A DNA stretch of 64,000 bases, from NCBI GenBank assembly GCA_044229145.1, contig JBGATO010000002.1, forward strand, positions 50,486-114,485, read 5' to 3'. Within the stretch, counting starts at the first letter, position 1; each line of letters starts with the position of its first letter. The stretch is from Candidatus Eiseniibacteriota bacterium (GTDB taxonomy: Bacteria; Eisenbacteria; RBG-16-71-46; CAZEPH01). Below the pieces are notes generated by a model, which was not told where the DNA came from, searched no databases, and saw nothing but the letters and a program-made list of their open reading frames with translations. This document shows, piece by piece, positions 50,605 to 61,252 of the stretch. A program made the position numbers and the translations under genes.

Positions 50605-50648
50605 GATGTGGATCTCCGGGACCGTTGGGAGTGCGTGGGGAGAGGACG

Positions 50649-51215
50649 TTACAGCGTGCGGCGCATGATGGGCCGCGAGGGTGAGCGGCGCAACACCTCC
50701 GTGAAACCTGCCGCGAGAAATGTCCCCGGCAGTCCCGTCCATACGAAGGCGTCGGGCGAGGCGCCGCCGGAGGTGTCCACCGGATAGCCCTCGAGCACGC
50801 GGGCGCCGTGTTCGCGGGCGAGGCGTGCAGCGGCCTTCAGCAGGCGCACCGACACGCCGCGCCGCCGGTACGGCTTGGCCACGAAGAAGCACACGACCGA
50901 CCACACTGGCGTGTCATCGACCGGTTTCAAGACGCGCGACGTCTCGAGCCGCGTCATCTCGTCGCGCGGTCCGAGCGCGCACCAGGCAATCGGCGTGTTG
51001 CCGTCGTAGGCGAGGATGCCGGGCGGCGGATCGCGGCGCACCCGGGCCCGGAACGCCTTCTTGTTCGCGGCGCCCTTGCAGGCGCCGAATTCCTTGGCGC
51101 GCAGCCGCGGCCACATGCACCAGCAGCCGCCGCACGCGCCGCGTTCTCCGAACAGCGCCTCGATGTCGTCCCAGCGATCCGCGGTCGCCGGCGCAAAGGT
51201 CACGCGTGCTGCCAT
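50649..51215 (-). CDS. GNAT family N-acetyltransferase
   Basis: [13 protein letters not shown]...RRRGVS, LEGYP, FLAAGF. Confidence 0.88.
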   Translation of the reverse strand: MAARVTFAPATADRWDDIEALFGERGACGGCWCMWPRLRAKEFGACKGAANKKAFRARVRRDPPPGILAYDGNTPIAWCALGPRDEMTRLETSRVLKPVDDTPVWSVVCFFVAKPYRRRGVSVRLLKAAARLAREHGARVLEGYPVDTSGGASPDAFVWTGLPGTFLAAGFTEVLRRSPSRPIMRRTL

Positions 51216-51476
51216 CTAGCCTCCACTCAACGCGGCGATCAGATGCACCTCGTCGCGTTCCTCCACCGCCTCGTCGATCGTCTGCGCGACGTCGCTGTTG
51301 CGGAAGATCCGGATGTGCGGCCGGATGCGATCCTGCTCGTCGATGACGCGAAAGCGAATGCCGGGATACCGCGCGTCGAGATCGCGCAGCACTGCGTCGA
51401 GCGTCGCGCCGCGGCCCGGCACCCGCGCCACGCCGCCCGTGTAGCTCTGGAGCGGCGTCGGGATGTGCACCGTCAT
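51216..51476 (-). CDS. MoaD/ThiS family ubiquitin-like protein
   Basis: IPTPLQSYT...LDARYPG...ALSGG C-terminal di-glycine. Confidence 0.9.
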   Translation of the reverse strand: MTVHIPTPLQSYTGGVARVPGRGATLDAVLRDLDARYPGIRFRVIDEQDRIRPHIRIFRNSDVAQTIDEAVEERDEVHLIAALSGG

Positions 51477-52633
51477 CCGCGCTCCGCCATCGTCACGCTG
51501 AGGATTTGCGGCAGGTGCGCGGCGATGCGCGTCCACGATTCGCCTTCGCTGCGCGACATCCACACCTCACCGGTCGTCGTGCCGAAGTAGAGGCCGACGT
51601 TCGGCTCGCTATCGCGCGTCATCGCTTGGCGCAACACCGTCCAGTACGCGTGCTCGGTGGGGAAGCCGGCGTCTTGGCGCTGCCAGGTCTTGCCACCATT
51701 CTGCGTGCGGTACACCGCCGGCTTGCCGCCGGGCGAGGTGCGCGGCCACACGCTGGTGCCGTCCATCGGCAACACCCACGCGGTGTCGGCATCGCGCGGA
51801 TGGATGACGATGGGGAAGCCGATGTCGCCGACCTTCTTCGGCATCTTCGCGCCGATGCGCGTCCACTCGCGACCCGGCCGGTCGAGACGGTAGATGCCAC
51901 AGTGATTCTGGTGGTAGAGCCGATCGGGGTTGCTGGGCGCGAACTGCACGCAGTGCGGATCGTGGCCGAACTCGGACTGCGGATCGGGCAGGAAGTACGC
52001 TTCGACGCCACGGTTGAGCGGCGTCCAGTCGGCGCCGCCGTCCACCGTCTCGAAGATGCCGCCGCTCGACAGCCCCATGTACATGTGCCGCGCATCGCGC
52101 GGGTCGATCAGGATCGAGTGCGTGATCGGGCCGACAGGCGTGTTGGCGTCCTTCGTCCATGCGTCGTGCATCGGGTGCTCGTCGAAGCCGCGGACGATCG
52201 CCCAGCGCGCGCCGCCATCGTCGCTGCGGAACAGGCCGTGCGGCGAGGTGCCGGCCCACCACACGCCAGGTTGCGTGGCGTGGCCCGGCGTCAGCCAAAA
52301 CGTACACTCGACGGCGCGGCGCGGGGTGCCGCCGCGCGCCTTCGGAAACGCCGGTGGCTGCTCGGCTTCCTTCCACGCGCGGCCCCAGTTCGTGGAACGG
52401 AACACCGTCGGGCCGAGGTGCCCGGTGCGCGCCGCCATCATCAGCGTCTTGCCATCGCGCGGATCGAGCACCAGGTGGTTGATCTGACTCCCGAGGAAAT
52501 GCGGTCCGTCGATCGACCACCGCCGCCGCGCGCGATCCGACGACAGAAAGAACGCGCCCTTGCGGGTGCCAACCAACAGGGTGAAGCGGGGCGAGGCGGC
52601 ACGCGGGCGCGCCGGACGAGAACTCGAGGCCAT
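51473..52633 (-). CDS. BNR/Asp-box beta-propeller protein (glycosyl-hydrolase-like/YCF48-like)
   Basis: LLVGTRKG; repeated SxDGGxxW Asp boxes; HDPH, QNHCG. Confidence 0.85.
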   Translation of the reverse strand: MASSSRPARPRAASPRFTLLVGTRKGAFFLSSDRARRRWSIDGPHFLGSQINHLVLDPRDGKTLMMAARTGHLGPTVFRSTNWGRAWKEAEQPPAFPKARGGTPRRAVECTFWLTPGHATQPGVWWAGTSPHGLFRSDDGGARWAIVRGFDEHPMHDAWTKDANTPVGPITHSILIDPRDARHMYMGLSSGGIFETVDGGADWTPLNRGVEAYFLPDPQSEFGHDPHCVQFAPSNPDRLYHQNHCGIYRLDRPGREWTRIGAKMPKKVGDIGFPIVIHPRDADTAWVLPMDGTSVWPRTSPGGKPAVYRTQNGGKTWQRQDAGFPTEHAYWTVLRQAMTRDSEPNVGLYFGTTTGEVWMSRSEGESWTRIAAHLPQILSVTMAERG

Positions 52634-52742
52634 GGGACCATCTCCTTCGACGGGGGGCGGGAGGGGTCGACCATAGCACCAGCGCGGCAGGGCGTCACCG
52701 CCCCGCCGCGCCGGAGAGTGCCGAGACCGCGCCGGAGCGCGG

Positions 52743-53549
52743 CTATCTGCTGTTGTCGCCGTCCAGCAACGAGCCCAAGCCGCCGAGAATCGAGCCTTCC
52801 TCGCGCCCGCGCCCGCGGGTCTGCGGCGCCGCCGCGTAGATGCGGCCCGCGAGACGCGACAGCGGCAGCGACTGCAGCCAGATCTTGCCCGGGCCGCGCA
52901 ACGTGGCGAAAAACAACCCTTCGCCGCCGAACAGCGCCGACTTGATGCCGCTCACCGTCTGGATGTCGTAGTCCACCGTCGGCTGGAACCCGACGATGCA
53001 GCCGGTGTCGACGCGGATCACCTCGCCCGGCGCCAGCATGCGCTCGTGGACCGAGCCGCCGGCGTGCATGAACGCCCAGCCGTCGCCGGTGAGGCGCTGC
53101 ATGATGAATCCTTCGCCGCCGAACAAGCCGACGCCGAGGCGGCGCTGGAACTCGATGCCGAGCGACACGCCCTTCGCCGCGCACAGGAACGAGTCCTTCT
53201 GCGCGATGACGGTGCCGCCGACTTCCGACAACTTCACCGGCACGATGTGGCCCGGGTACGGCGCGCCGAACGCCACGCGTTGTTTGCCGCCGGCCTGATT
53301 GCCGAACACCGTCATGAACAGCGACTCGCCGGTGAGCAACCGCTTGCCGGCGCCGAGCAGCGCATTCATGAAGCCGCCGCCCTGCTGCTGGCTGCCGTCG
53401 CCGAAGATCGTCTCCATGACGATGCCGCCGTCCATGTACATCATACCGCCGGCTTCGGCGATCACCGCTTCGCCCGGATCGAGTTCGATTTCGACGTACT
53501 GCATGTCGTCGCCATAGATCCGGTAATCGACTTCGTGCATTTGCGACAT
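52743..53549 (-). CDS. TIGR00266/AIM24 family protein
   Basis: [44 protein letters not shown]. Confidence 0.92.
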   Translation of the reverse strand: MSQMHEVDYRIYGDDMQYVEIELDPGEAVIAEAGGMMYMDGGIVMETIFGDGSQQQGGGFMNALLGAGKRLLTGESLFMTVFGNQAGGKQRVAFGAPYPGHIVPVKLSEVGGTVIAQKDSFLCAAKGVSLGIEFQRRLGVGLFGGEGFIMQRLTGDGWAFMHAGGSVHERMLAPGEVIRVDTGCIVGFQPTVDYDIQTVSGIKSALFGGEGLFFATLRGPGKIWLQSLPLSRLAGRIYAAAPQTRGRGREEGSILGGLGSLLDGDNSR

Positions 53550-53804
53550 GGTGTGTCAGTCTCCGAGTGCAAGTGGGGCGCCGACGCGGCGGCGCTTGCG
53601 CGTTGGGATTTGCGCGGAATGCTGCCTGAGAACGTTGCTCTTGGCTAGCCGGTTGCAGCGGGGCGTGGCGGGGTGGGCGGCGCGTCCCGCACATCCCGCC
53701 CCGCCGCCCCCGCCGGACCGTCGCAGCAACCGTTCGTCGCCGGATTCCGGCCGTCCGTCGATGGCCCCGCGCAGCCCCGGCGCGAATCGCCGATACTGAC
53801 GCCC

Positions 53805-55028
53805 ATGGCAACGTCCTCCGTCATTTCGCCGGCCGAGCGCTGGCTCAGGTGGCTCCTGCGGGTGTCGCTCACGACGCTCGTCATGGGGATCCCGTTCGGG
53901 CTGTTCTTCGGACTCTTCCAGCATCGGCCGTACTGGCAAGGCGCGCTGATCTGCTACGGCATCTCGGTGGCGATCGGGCTCAGCGTGTCGATCTTCGTGC
54001 AGCTGGCCGAGGAGCTGTATTGCCGGCTCTTCCCGCACGGCCAAAACGCCCGCGGCCGCCAGCTCGTGGTGCAGATGGCGATGTTCGGCGTCACCGGCGT
54101 GGTCGGCAGCCAGGTGCCGATGGTGCTGCTGTCCACATTCGGCCACATCGAGATGTACGGCAGCTGGCGCGGTCTGTGGATCAACGTCGGCTACAGCCTG
54201 GTGTTCACGACGCTCTTCATGGGCATTGCCTATGCGCGCGTGTTCTACGTCCGCATGCGCGAACGCGAAGCGGCGGAACTCGCCGCCCGTGCCGAACTCG
54301 CCACCGCGCGGCTCGCGGCGCTCCGCGCGCAAGTACACCCGCACTTCCTCTTCAACACGCTGAACACGATCGCAGCGCTCATCCCGCAGGAGCCGGCGGT
54401 GGCCGAAGAGGTGACCACGCGGCTTGCCGAAGTGTTCCGCTTCGTGCTCCAAGCCGGCGATCGCGATTGGGTGACGCTGTCCGAAGAGATCGAGTTCGTG
54501 CGCGCCTATCTCGACATCGAGATGGTGCGACTCGGCGATCGCGTGCGCGTCGAGGAAGCGTGGGATGCGGCCTCCCTGACCGTGCCGGTGCCCACGCTCC
54601 TGCTCCAGCCGTTGGTCGAGAACGCGGTGCGCCACGGTATCGGGCCGCGCGCCGAGGGCGGCCGCATCCGGCTCGCCTCCCGTCTCGACGGCGAGGTCCT
54701 CGTCCTGACGGTGGACGACGATGGGGTCGGCTTCGACCCGGTGGGGCGTCGCGGGCGCGCGGCCAGCGGGTTCGGCTTGCGCTCGGCGGAGGATCGGATC
54801 CGGGCGCTGGGGGCGCCCGCGGAGCTCACCATCGACAGCGCACCGCACGCTGGGACGCGCATCGCGCTGCGCTTGCCGCGCGATCCGCAGCCGCTGCAGG
54901 CGGCCCCGCCGGCTCCTCCGGCCCGTCGCCCCGACAACCCACTCGGCGCGCCGCTGCGCGCGCCGTTCGCGCCCGAGGGGCCACGCCCGCCGCTCAGCGG
55001 CCACTCACCATTCGCAGAAGGAGATTGA
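53805..55028 (+). CDS. LytS/YehU-type membrane sensor histidine kinase
   Basis: 4 TM segments; LRAQVHPHFLFNTLN, LQPLVENAVRHG, DDGVG, GFGL. Confidence 0.93.
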   Translation: MATSSVISPAERWLRWLLRVSLTTLVMGIPFGLFFGLFQHRPYWQGALICYGISVAIGLSVSIFVQLAEELYCRLFPHGQNARGRQLVVQMAMFGVTGVVGSQVPMVLLSTFGHIEMYGSWRGLWINVGYSLVFTTLFMGIAYARVFYVRMREREAAELAARAELATARLAALRAQVHPHFLFNTLNTIAALIPQEPAVAEEVTTRLAEVFRFVLQAGDRDWVTLSEEIEFVRAYLDIEMVRLGDRVRVEEAWDAASLTVPVPTLLLQPLVENAVRHGIGPRAEGGRIRLASRLDGEVLVLTVDDDGVGFDPVGRRGRAASGFGLRSAEDRIRALGAPAELTIDSAPHAGTRIALRLPRDPQPLQAAPPAPPARRPDNPLGAPLRAPFAPEGPRPPLSGHSPFAEGD

Positions 55029-55030
55029 CG

Positions 55031-55852
55031 ATGCGACGACTTCTCATGCACGGCGTGTTTGCCGCCTTCCTAGCGGTACCCAGCATTGCCGCGGCAGTCG
55101 ACCCCGACGTGTCCGGCGCCGTCGTGCAAGCGCGGCGCGACATCCAAGCCGCGGTCGACATCGGCTCGGCAGACGAGCTGCTCGGCGTCCGCGCCACGCT
55201 GCTCGCCCTCAGCGACGCCGAGCAGGCGAGCACACCGGTGCAATACACGCTCGCGTATCTCGACTGGCGCGTCGTGCCACTCTGGCTGCGCGAGCACGAG
55301 GGCGACAAGGAGACGGCCTTGCGCTACGTCGAGGAGGGACTCGCCGCTGCGCGCGCCGTGCAAAAGGCGGAGCCGAAGAACGCGGAGGCGTTCGCCCTCG
55401 AGTCGTCGCTGCTCGGCCTCAAGATGATGGGTGCCGGCGCCGACGTGATGACGCTCGGGCCGCTCTCGATGCAGGCGATGATGAAGGCGGCGAAACTGGC
55501 GCCGGCGAACCCGCGCGTGCTGTTCTTGCAGGGACTCAGTTTGCTCTACACGCCGGCGCAGTTCGGCGGGGGCGCTGCGCCGGCGATCGCCGTCCTGCGC
55601 GATGCTGCGCGTGCTGCGGCGGCGGACGCGCCCGCGGATTCGCTCGCCCCCGCGTGGGGGCACGACGACGCCGCGGTGTGGCTCGCCCAGGCATGCATGC
55701 AGAGCGGTCAGGGGGCCGACGCGCGCGCCGCGTTGCGCGATGCGCTCGCCGCGAATCCGCGCAACGGCATGGCGCTCGCCTTGCAGCGGCAATGGGCGGC
55801 CGCCCCCGCCGATTCGGCCAGCGGCAACACTCCGGCGAAGGCAGGGAAGTGA
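55031..55852 (+). CDS. Secreted TPR-like protein
   Basis: Signal peptide; helical repeats, PANPRV...YTPAQFGGG, PAWG. Confidence 0.75.
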   Translation: MRRLLMHGVFAAFLAVPSIAAAVDPDVSGAVVQARRDIQAAVDIGSADELLGVRATLLALSDAEQASTPVQYTLAYLDWRVVPLWLREHEGDKETALRYVEEGLAAARAVQKAEPKNAEAFALESSLLGLKMMGAGADVMTLGPLSMQAMMKAAKLAPANPRVLFLQGLSLLYTPAQFGGGAAPAIAVLRDAARAAAADAPADSLAPAWGHDDAAVWLAQACMQSGQGADARAALRDALAANPRNGMALALQRQWAAAPADSASGNTPAKAGK

Positions 55853-58125
55853 TGCGTGTGATCCGTCGGCTCGCGCTGGTGTGTATCGCGGCCGGCATCG
55901 TCGTCGCGACTGCGCACGCGGCGGCGGCGCCGCCATCCGGTCCGGCGCTGCACGGCATCGTCGTCGATCAGAAGGGCGACCCGCTCGAGGCGGTCACGGT
56001 CAGCGTGCCGCAGGTGCGGCGCGGAGCGATCACCCGCAAGGATGGCACCTTTCGCATCGCCGTGCCCGGTCCGGGCGCGTACAGCCTGCGCGTCAGTCAA
56101 GTCGGCCTCACGACCGTCACGATGCAAGCCACGGTGCCGGCGAGCGGCGAGCCGCCGCTGCTGCGCGTGGTGTTGAAGGAAGCGCCCATCCCGGTGGCCG
56201 AAGTGTCGGTGCGCGCGTCCTCGTTCGGGGCGGAGGGCAAGCGACAGGGCGCGACGTTGCGCCGCATGGACATCATGACGACGCCGGGTGCCGCCGCCGA
56301 TCTGATGCACAGCCTCCACACGCTGCCCGGCGTGCACGCGCCGAACGAAGGCGCCGCACTCTACGTGCGCGGTGGCGCGCCGCTCGAAACCGTCGTGCGT
56401 CTCGACGGCGGCGATGTCGGCCATCCCTACAAATACGAGACGGCGAGCGGCGGCTTGTTCGGCGTCATCGACCCGTCGCTGGTGTCCTCGGCCTACTTCT
56501 CGAGTGGGGCGTTCGCCCCGAAGTACGGCAACGCGCTGTCCGGCGTGCTCGACATCGAGAGCACGAGCGACGTGCGGCAGACGTCGTTCAACCTCGGCGC
56601 CAACCTGGTCGGCGGTGGCGGCACCGTCGGCGTGCCGCTGTCCGGCGAACGCGCCGGCCTGCTGCTGACCGCGCACTACACCGATGTCACGTTGCTCGAT
56701 CGCCTCTATGGCGCCTCGAGCGACTTCACGCAATATCCGCGTTCGTACGATGGCGGCGCGAAGATCCTCGTCCATCCGACCGCGACGCAATCGATCTCGC
56801 TGTTCGGCGCCGCGTCGCACGACCGCACCGGCGTGCACCTGCGCTTCCCGAGCTATCGCGGCGAATTCACCAATGGCGCCACAGTGCAGGTGTGGAACGC
56901 CGGCTACACCAACGTGGTCTCGAAGGCGTTGGCGGTGCGCGTCAACGCCGCCGACACCCACTTCGACGACACCTGGGCGTTCTCGGACTTCCGCTACACC
57001 ACGACGTCGAATCAATACACCGCGCGGGCAGACGTGGTGTGGCAGGTGCGCAGCGGGTCGGAGGTGAACGCCGGACTCGACGGCGAGCGCGAGAGCGAAA
57101 CCTATGCCGGCACCGTGCCGCACGACTCCACCGACTACGCGCCCGGCGCGCCGACCCGCGCCATCGCGCAGGACGGCGTGCGCGAGCGGTTCGGCGCCTA
57201 CGCCGACGAGAAACTTCGCGTCTGGCGCACCGTGTTCGCGAATGTCGGCGCGCGTGTCGACCGCTACGGCAGCGTGCGGCTGCGCGCCACCGATGGCACA
57301 CGCACCACCGGCAGCACCGAATGGACCGTCGATCCGCGCGTCGCGCTCTCGTGGAAGCCGCGCCGTGCGTGGACGCTGCGGGCCTCGACCGGCGACTTCC
57401 ACCAGAACGCGCCGCTGCGCTACACCGACGCGCGCTTCGGCAATCCGGCGCTCGGACCGCTCGCCGCGCGGCATTTCGTCGGCGCGATCGAATATGCGAC
57501 CGTAGACCGCACGCTGCGCGCCGAGGTGTACGACAAGGACTACCGCCACCTGGTGCTCAACGATCCGCTCACCCACTATTCGACCGACGGCGACGGCTAC
57601 GCGCGCGGCATCGACCTGTTCGCCGAAGGCCGCTGGCCGCGGCTCCGCGCCTGGGCGTCGTACGGCTATCTCGCGTCGCAGCGCCGGGAATTCCAGGCGA
57701 CCGCCCGCGTCACCTCGCCCTATGCGCCGACGCATGACCTCAGCGCGGTGGCGACGTATCATCTCAACGGCGGCTGGGACATCGGCGCGCGGGCGCGCGT
57801 CGCCTCCGGCGCGCCGTACACGCCGATCGTCGGCGCGGTGAAGGATTCGACGCGCGACGTGTGGCATCCGGTCGAAGGCGAACTCTTTTCGGCACGCTAC
57901 CCCGCGTACGGCCGGCTCGACGTGCGCCTGATGAAATACGTCGAGGCACCGAAGTTCCTCGGTCTGCCGCAGTCATGGCTGGTGATCTACGTGGAAGGTC
58001 TGAACGTGCTCGACATCAAGAACGTCCTCGAATACCAGTACACGCCCGACTACAGCGCGCATCAGGCGGTGTTGTCGTACTTCAGCCGCCGCGCGTTCGT
58101 GGCCGGCGCCTCGATCGGCTGGTGA
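55852..58125 (+). CDS. TonB-dependent receptor with N-terminal carboxypeptidase-regulatory-like domain
   Basis: Plug LPGV...LYVRGG, YGNALSGVLDI; barrel strands; NVLD...; C-terminal Trp. Confidence 0.92.
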   Translation: MRVIRRLALVCIAAGIVVATAHAAAAPPSGPALHGIVVDQKGDPLEAVTVSVPQVRRGAITRKDGTFRIAVPGPGAYSLRVSQVGLTTVTMQATVPASGEPPLLRVVLKEAPIPVAEVSVRASSFGAEGKRQGATLRRMDIMTTPGAAADLMHSLHTLPGVHAPNEGAALYVRGGAPLETVVRLDGGDVGHPYKYETASGGLFGVIDPSLVSSAYFSSGAFAPKYGNALSGVLDIESTSDVRQTSFNLGANLVGGGGTVGVPLSGERAGLLLTAHYTDVTLLDRLYGASSDFTQYPRSYDGGAKILVHPTATQSISLFGAASHDRTGVHLRFPSYRGEFTNGATVQVWNAGYTNVVSKALAVRVNAADTHFDDTWAFSDFRYTTTSNQYTARADVVWQVRSGSEVNAGLDGERESETYAGTVPHDSTDYAPGAPTRAIAQDGVRERFGAYADEKLRVWRTVFANVGARVDRYGSVRLRATDGTRTTGSTEWTVDPRVALSWKPRRAWTLRASTGDFHQNAPLRYTDARFGNPALGPLAARHFVGAIEYATVDRTLRAEVYDKDYRHLVLNDPLTHYSTDGDGYARGIDLFAEGRWPRLRAWASYGYLASQRREFQATARVTSPYAPTHDLSAVATYHLNGGWDIGARARVASGAPYTPIVGAVKDSTRDVWHPVEGELFSARYPAYGRLDVRLMKYVEAPKFLGLPQSWLVIYVEGLNVLDIKNVLEYQYTPDYSAHQAVLSYFSRRAFVAGASIGW

Positions 58126-58976
58126 TGCGCGTCGTTCTGGTCGAGGACGAGCGGCCGGCGCGCATGCGTCTGCGTCGACTGCTCGCCGCACATGCCGATG
58201 TCGAGATCGCTGGCGAATCGGCGACCGCGGCGGATGCGCGCCTGCTGATTGCGCGTGAGCACCCCGACGTCGTCTTCCTCGACGTGCAACTGCCCGGCGA
58301 GTCGGGTTTCGAGTTGCTGGCGACGCTGCCCGCACCGCGTCCGCTGGTCATCTTCACCACCGCGTTCGAAGCGTACGCGGTGCGTGCGTTCGAGGAGTCG
58401 GCGCTCGATTACCTGATGAAGCCGTTTCGCCCCGAGCGGCTGGGGGCCGCACTCGACCGCGCCCGCGGCGATCTCGCGCGGCGCGGGATGCCGGGTGGTG
58501 AGGCGGCGTTGGCAGAGCGACTCGAACGATTGCTTGCGCGTCTCGAATCCGGTGGCGATCCGCGCGAGGGCGTGACGGCGCGCGGCGCACCGCTCGACAC
58601 CGCCGCACGCGAGCCTGGCCTCGGCGCTCGCGGCCTCCACTACGTCGACCGCCTCACCGCCCGCGTCGGCGAACGCGTCGACGTCATTCCCGTGCGCGAG
58701 ATCCTCTACTTCCGCGCGGAGGACAAATACGTCGCCGCGTACACGAAGTCGGGCAGTCACCTGCTGACCTCGACGCTCGACCAACTCGAAGCCGACCTCG
58801 ATCCCGCCCACTTCGCCCGCACCCACCGCTCTGTCCTGGTCAATCTCGACGACGTCACCTCGATCGAACCGGCCTTCGCCGGCACGTTTACGCTCCGTCT
58901 GCGATCGCTGCCGTCCGTCGGTTTGCCGGTGTCGCGTCAACGCGCCCGTGCGCTGAGGCAGCGCCTCGGCTTTTAG
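58125..58976 (+). CDS. LytTR family response regulator
   Basis: VEDE, FLDVQLPG, FTTAF, DYLMKP; LytTR FARTHRSVLVN, VSR. Confidence 0.94.
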   Translation: MRVVLVEDERPARMRLRRLLAAHADVEIAGESATAADARLLIAREHPDVVFLDVQLPGESGFELLATLPAPRPLVIFTTAFEAYAVRAFEESALDYLMKPFRPERLGAALDRARGDLARRGMPGGEAALAERLERLLARLESGGDPREGVTARGAPLDTAAREPGLGARGLHYVDRLTARVGERVDVIPVREILYFRAEDKYVAAYTKSGSHLLTSTLDQLEADLDPAHFARTHRSVLVNLDDVTSIEPAFAGTFTLRLRSLPSVGLPVSRQRARALRQRLGF

Positions 58977-59096
58977 CGCGTCGCGCGAGCGTCCCGCGCA
59001 GCCCGCCCCCGCCGTCCCCGCCCGCAATCAGGTGCCCACGCGTGACTCCGCCTCGGGTAGACTGCGCGCTCCACGGCACCCGCACAGGAGACAGCG

Positions 59097-60713
59097 TTGC
59101 TTCCGTTCTCATCCGCCCCCGCGAAGTTTGGATCGCCCGATGACGTGTTGCGTCAGGTGTTTGGCTATGCGGAGTTCCGGCCGGGACAGCAGGCGATCAT
59201 CGACTCGGTGCTCGCGGGGCGCGACTGCATCGGCGTGATGCCGACCGGCGCGGGGAAGTCGCTGACGTTCCAGGTGCCCGCAAAGATCCTCGGCGGGACC
59301 GTGCTGGTGATTTCGCCGCTCATCTCACTGATGAAGGATCAGGTGGACGCGCTGGTGCGGTTCGGGTTCAAGGCGACCGCGTTGAACTCGACGCTCGAGT
59401 GGGAAGAGCGGCGCCGTCGCGTCGCGGCGATGCGCGCCGGCGAATACGAGTTGGTGTACGTCGCGCCGGAAGGACTCGAAGGATCGTTGCGCGGCTTCAT
59501 CGCGGATTCGCCGGTGAAACTCGTGGTGGTGGACGAGGCGCATTGCATCAGCCATTGGGGCCACGACTTCCGTCCGGCGTACCGCAAGCTGCGCGGACTC
59601 AAGACCGAACTCGGCGACATTCCGGTGCTCGCGCTCACCGCCACGGCAACGCGGCGCGTGGTCGGCGACATCCTGCACCAACTCGGGATGAAGAAGCCGG
59701 CCGGCTACAAGGGTTCGTTCTTCCGGCCGAACCTGCGCATCGTCGCGCAACGCAAGGGTGGCGGCCGCAACGCGCGCCGCGATCTGATCGGCCTGTTGCG
59801 GGCCCACGGCGGCGAAAGCTGCATCGTCTACTGCCTCAGCCGCCGCAGCGTCGAACAGACCGCCGACTGGCTGCGCACGCAAGGTGTGCGCGCGGTGCCG
59901 TACCACGCCGGCCTGCCCGACGAGGTGCGCGCCGCCCATCAAGACATGTTCGCGCGCGACGAGATCGACGTCATCGTCGCCACCGTCGCCTTCGGGATGG
60001 GCATCGACAAGTCGAATGTGCGGCTGGTCGTCCACCGCGACATGCCGAAGTCGATCGAGGCGTGGTATCAGGAAATCGGCCGCGCCGGCCGCGACGGCTT
60101 GCCGAGCGACTGCGTCATCTTCTACTCGTGGGCCGACGTCATCGGCTACGACACCTTCCTCGCCAACATGGAAGACGAGGTGCTGCGCGCCGAGACGCGG
60201 GCGAAGACCACAGACCTGTTCAACCTGCTCGACCGCGGCGGCTGCCGGCATCAAGCGCTGGTCGCATATTTCGACGAGACGCTCGAGGGCTGCGGCACGT
60301 CCTGCGATCTGTGCACCGGCGTCGATGTCGATGCGTTGGTGGCCGACGGCGCCCTGCGCGCCCGCGAGGCGTTGGCCCAGCGGGGCGACGCGCGCGGCCT
60401 CCTGTTCGCGGGCGCCGACGAGGCCGAGCGCGCGACGGCACGTATCCGCGCCGCCCGCACGCGGGCGACCGACGCGGAACTCGATGCCGCGGTAGACCCG
60501 GCGCTCTTCGAGGCGTTGCGCGCGCTGCGCAAGCGTCTCGCCACCGAGGAAGGCGTCCCGCCCTACATCGTCTTCAACGACGCCGTGCTGCGGCAAATGG
60601 CGGCGCTCAAACCGCGCACGCCGGACCAGTTGCTCGCGCTGAACGGCGTCGGGCCTGCCAAGCTCGATCGCTACGGCGCCGCGTTCCTCGCACTGATCGC
60701 CGCGGACGGCTAG
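59097..60713 (+). CDS. recQ: RecQ family DNA helicase with HRDC domain
   Basis: MPTGAGKS, VDEAHCISHWGHDFRP, ATVAFGMGID, QEIGRAGRDG, Zn-binding CRH...CDLC, HRDC VPPYIVF. Confidence 0.93.
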   Translation: MLPFSSAPAKFGSPDDVLRQVFGYAEFRPGQQAIIDSVLAGRDCIGVMPTGAGKSLTFQVPAKILGGTVLVISPLISLMKDQVDALVRFGFKATALNSTLEWEERRRRVAAMRAGEYELVYVAPEGLEGSLRGFIADSPVKLVVVDEAHCISHWGHDFRPAYRKLRGLKTELGDIPVLALTATATRRVVGDILHQLGMKKPAGYKGSFFRPNLRIVAQRKGGGRNARRDLIGLLRAHGGESCIVYCLSRRSVEQTADWLRTQGVRAVPYHAGLPDEVRAAHQDMFARDEIDVIVATVAFGMGIDKSNVRLVVHRDMPKSIEAWYQEIGRAGRDGLPSDCVIFYSWADVIGYDTFLANMEDEVLRAETRAKTTDLFNLLDRGGCRHQALVAYFDETLEGCGTSCDLCTGVDVDALVADGALRAREALAQRGDARGLLFAGADEAERATARIRAARTRATDAELDAAVDPALFEALRALRKRLATEEGVPPYIVFNDAVLRQMAALKPRTPDQLLALNGVGPAKLDRYGAAFLALIAADG

Positions 60714-61252
60714 AGCCGCGCGAGGACGTACTCCCATTCGGCGCACGCGGCTCCGCCGATCGGTTCGGCCGCCGGCCGCGGCGCCGCGCTCCGCGTGAAT
60801 CCGAGCCGGTCGAGCACGCGCATCGACGCCACGTTCCGCGTGTCGACCGTCGCCTGCAGCCGCAGGATGCGGGGATCCGCGAATAGACCTTCGCATAAGC
60901 GCCGGACCGCTTCCGACGCGAATCCCTGGCCCCAATACGGTACGCCGATCATGTACGCGATCCACGCCGTGCCGTCCCGCTCGATGGTGGCTTGCACGTA
61001 GCCGACGTACTCGTCCGGCGCCCGCCGCCGCAGCGCCCAATTCCACCACCGCTCGCTGCCGTCCGCCGACAGACGCGACTCGAGACGCGCGTAGCGCGCA
61101 CGCAGCGCGTCGACGGACGCGGGTGGCGCGTCGGGCACGAACGCGTACATCCGTTCGTCGGACAGGAGCGGAAAGAGCGCGGCGGCATGCGTCGCGCAGA
61201 GCGGCTCGAGCACCAGGCGCGCCGTCGCGCCCGCCACCGCGTCGCCCGTCAC
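60710..61252 (-). CDS. GNAT (RimJ/RimL-like) acetyltransferase
   Basis: TARLVLEPL, YWGQGFASEA, RNVASMRVLDRLGF. Confidence 0.85.
   Translation of the reverse strand: MTGDAVAGATARLVLEPLCATHAAALFPLLSDERMYAFVPDAPPASVDALRARYARLESRLSADGSERWWNWALRRRAPDEYVGYVQATIERDGTAWIAYMIGVPYWGQGFASEAVRRLCEGLFADPRILRLQATVDTRNVASMRVLDRLGFTRSAAPRPAAEPIGGAACAEWEYVLARL

Noticed and set aside
51216..51476. Calling the Ubl gene moaD of molybdopterin synthesis
   Set aside because: No moaE, moeB or moaA nearby; only family-level assignment is supported
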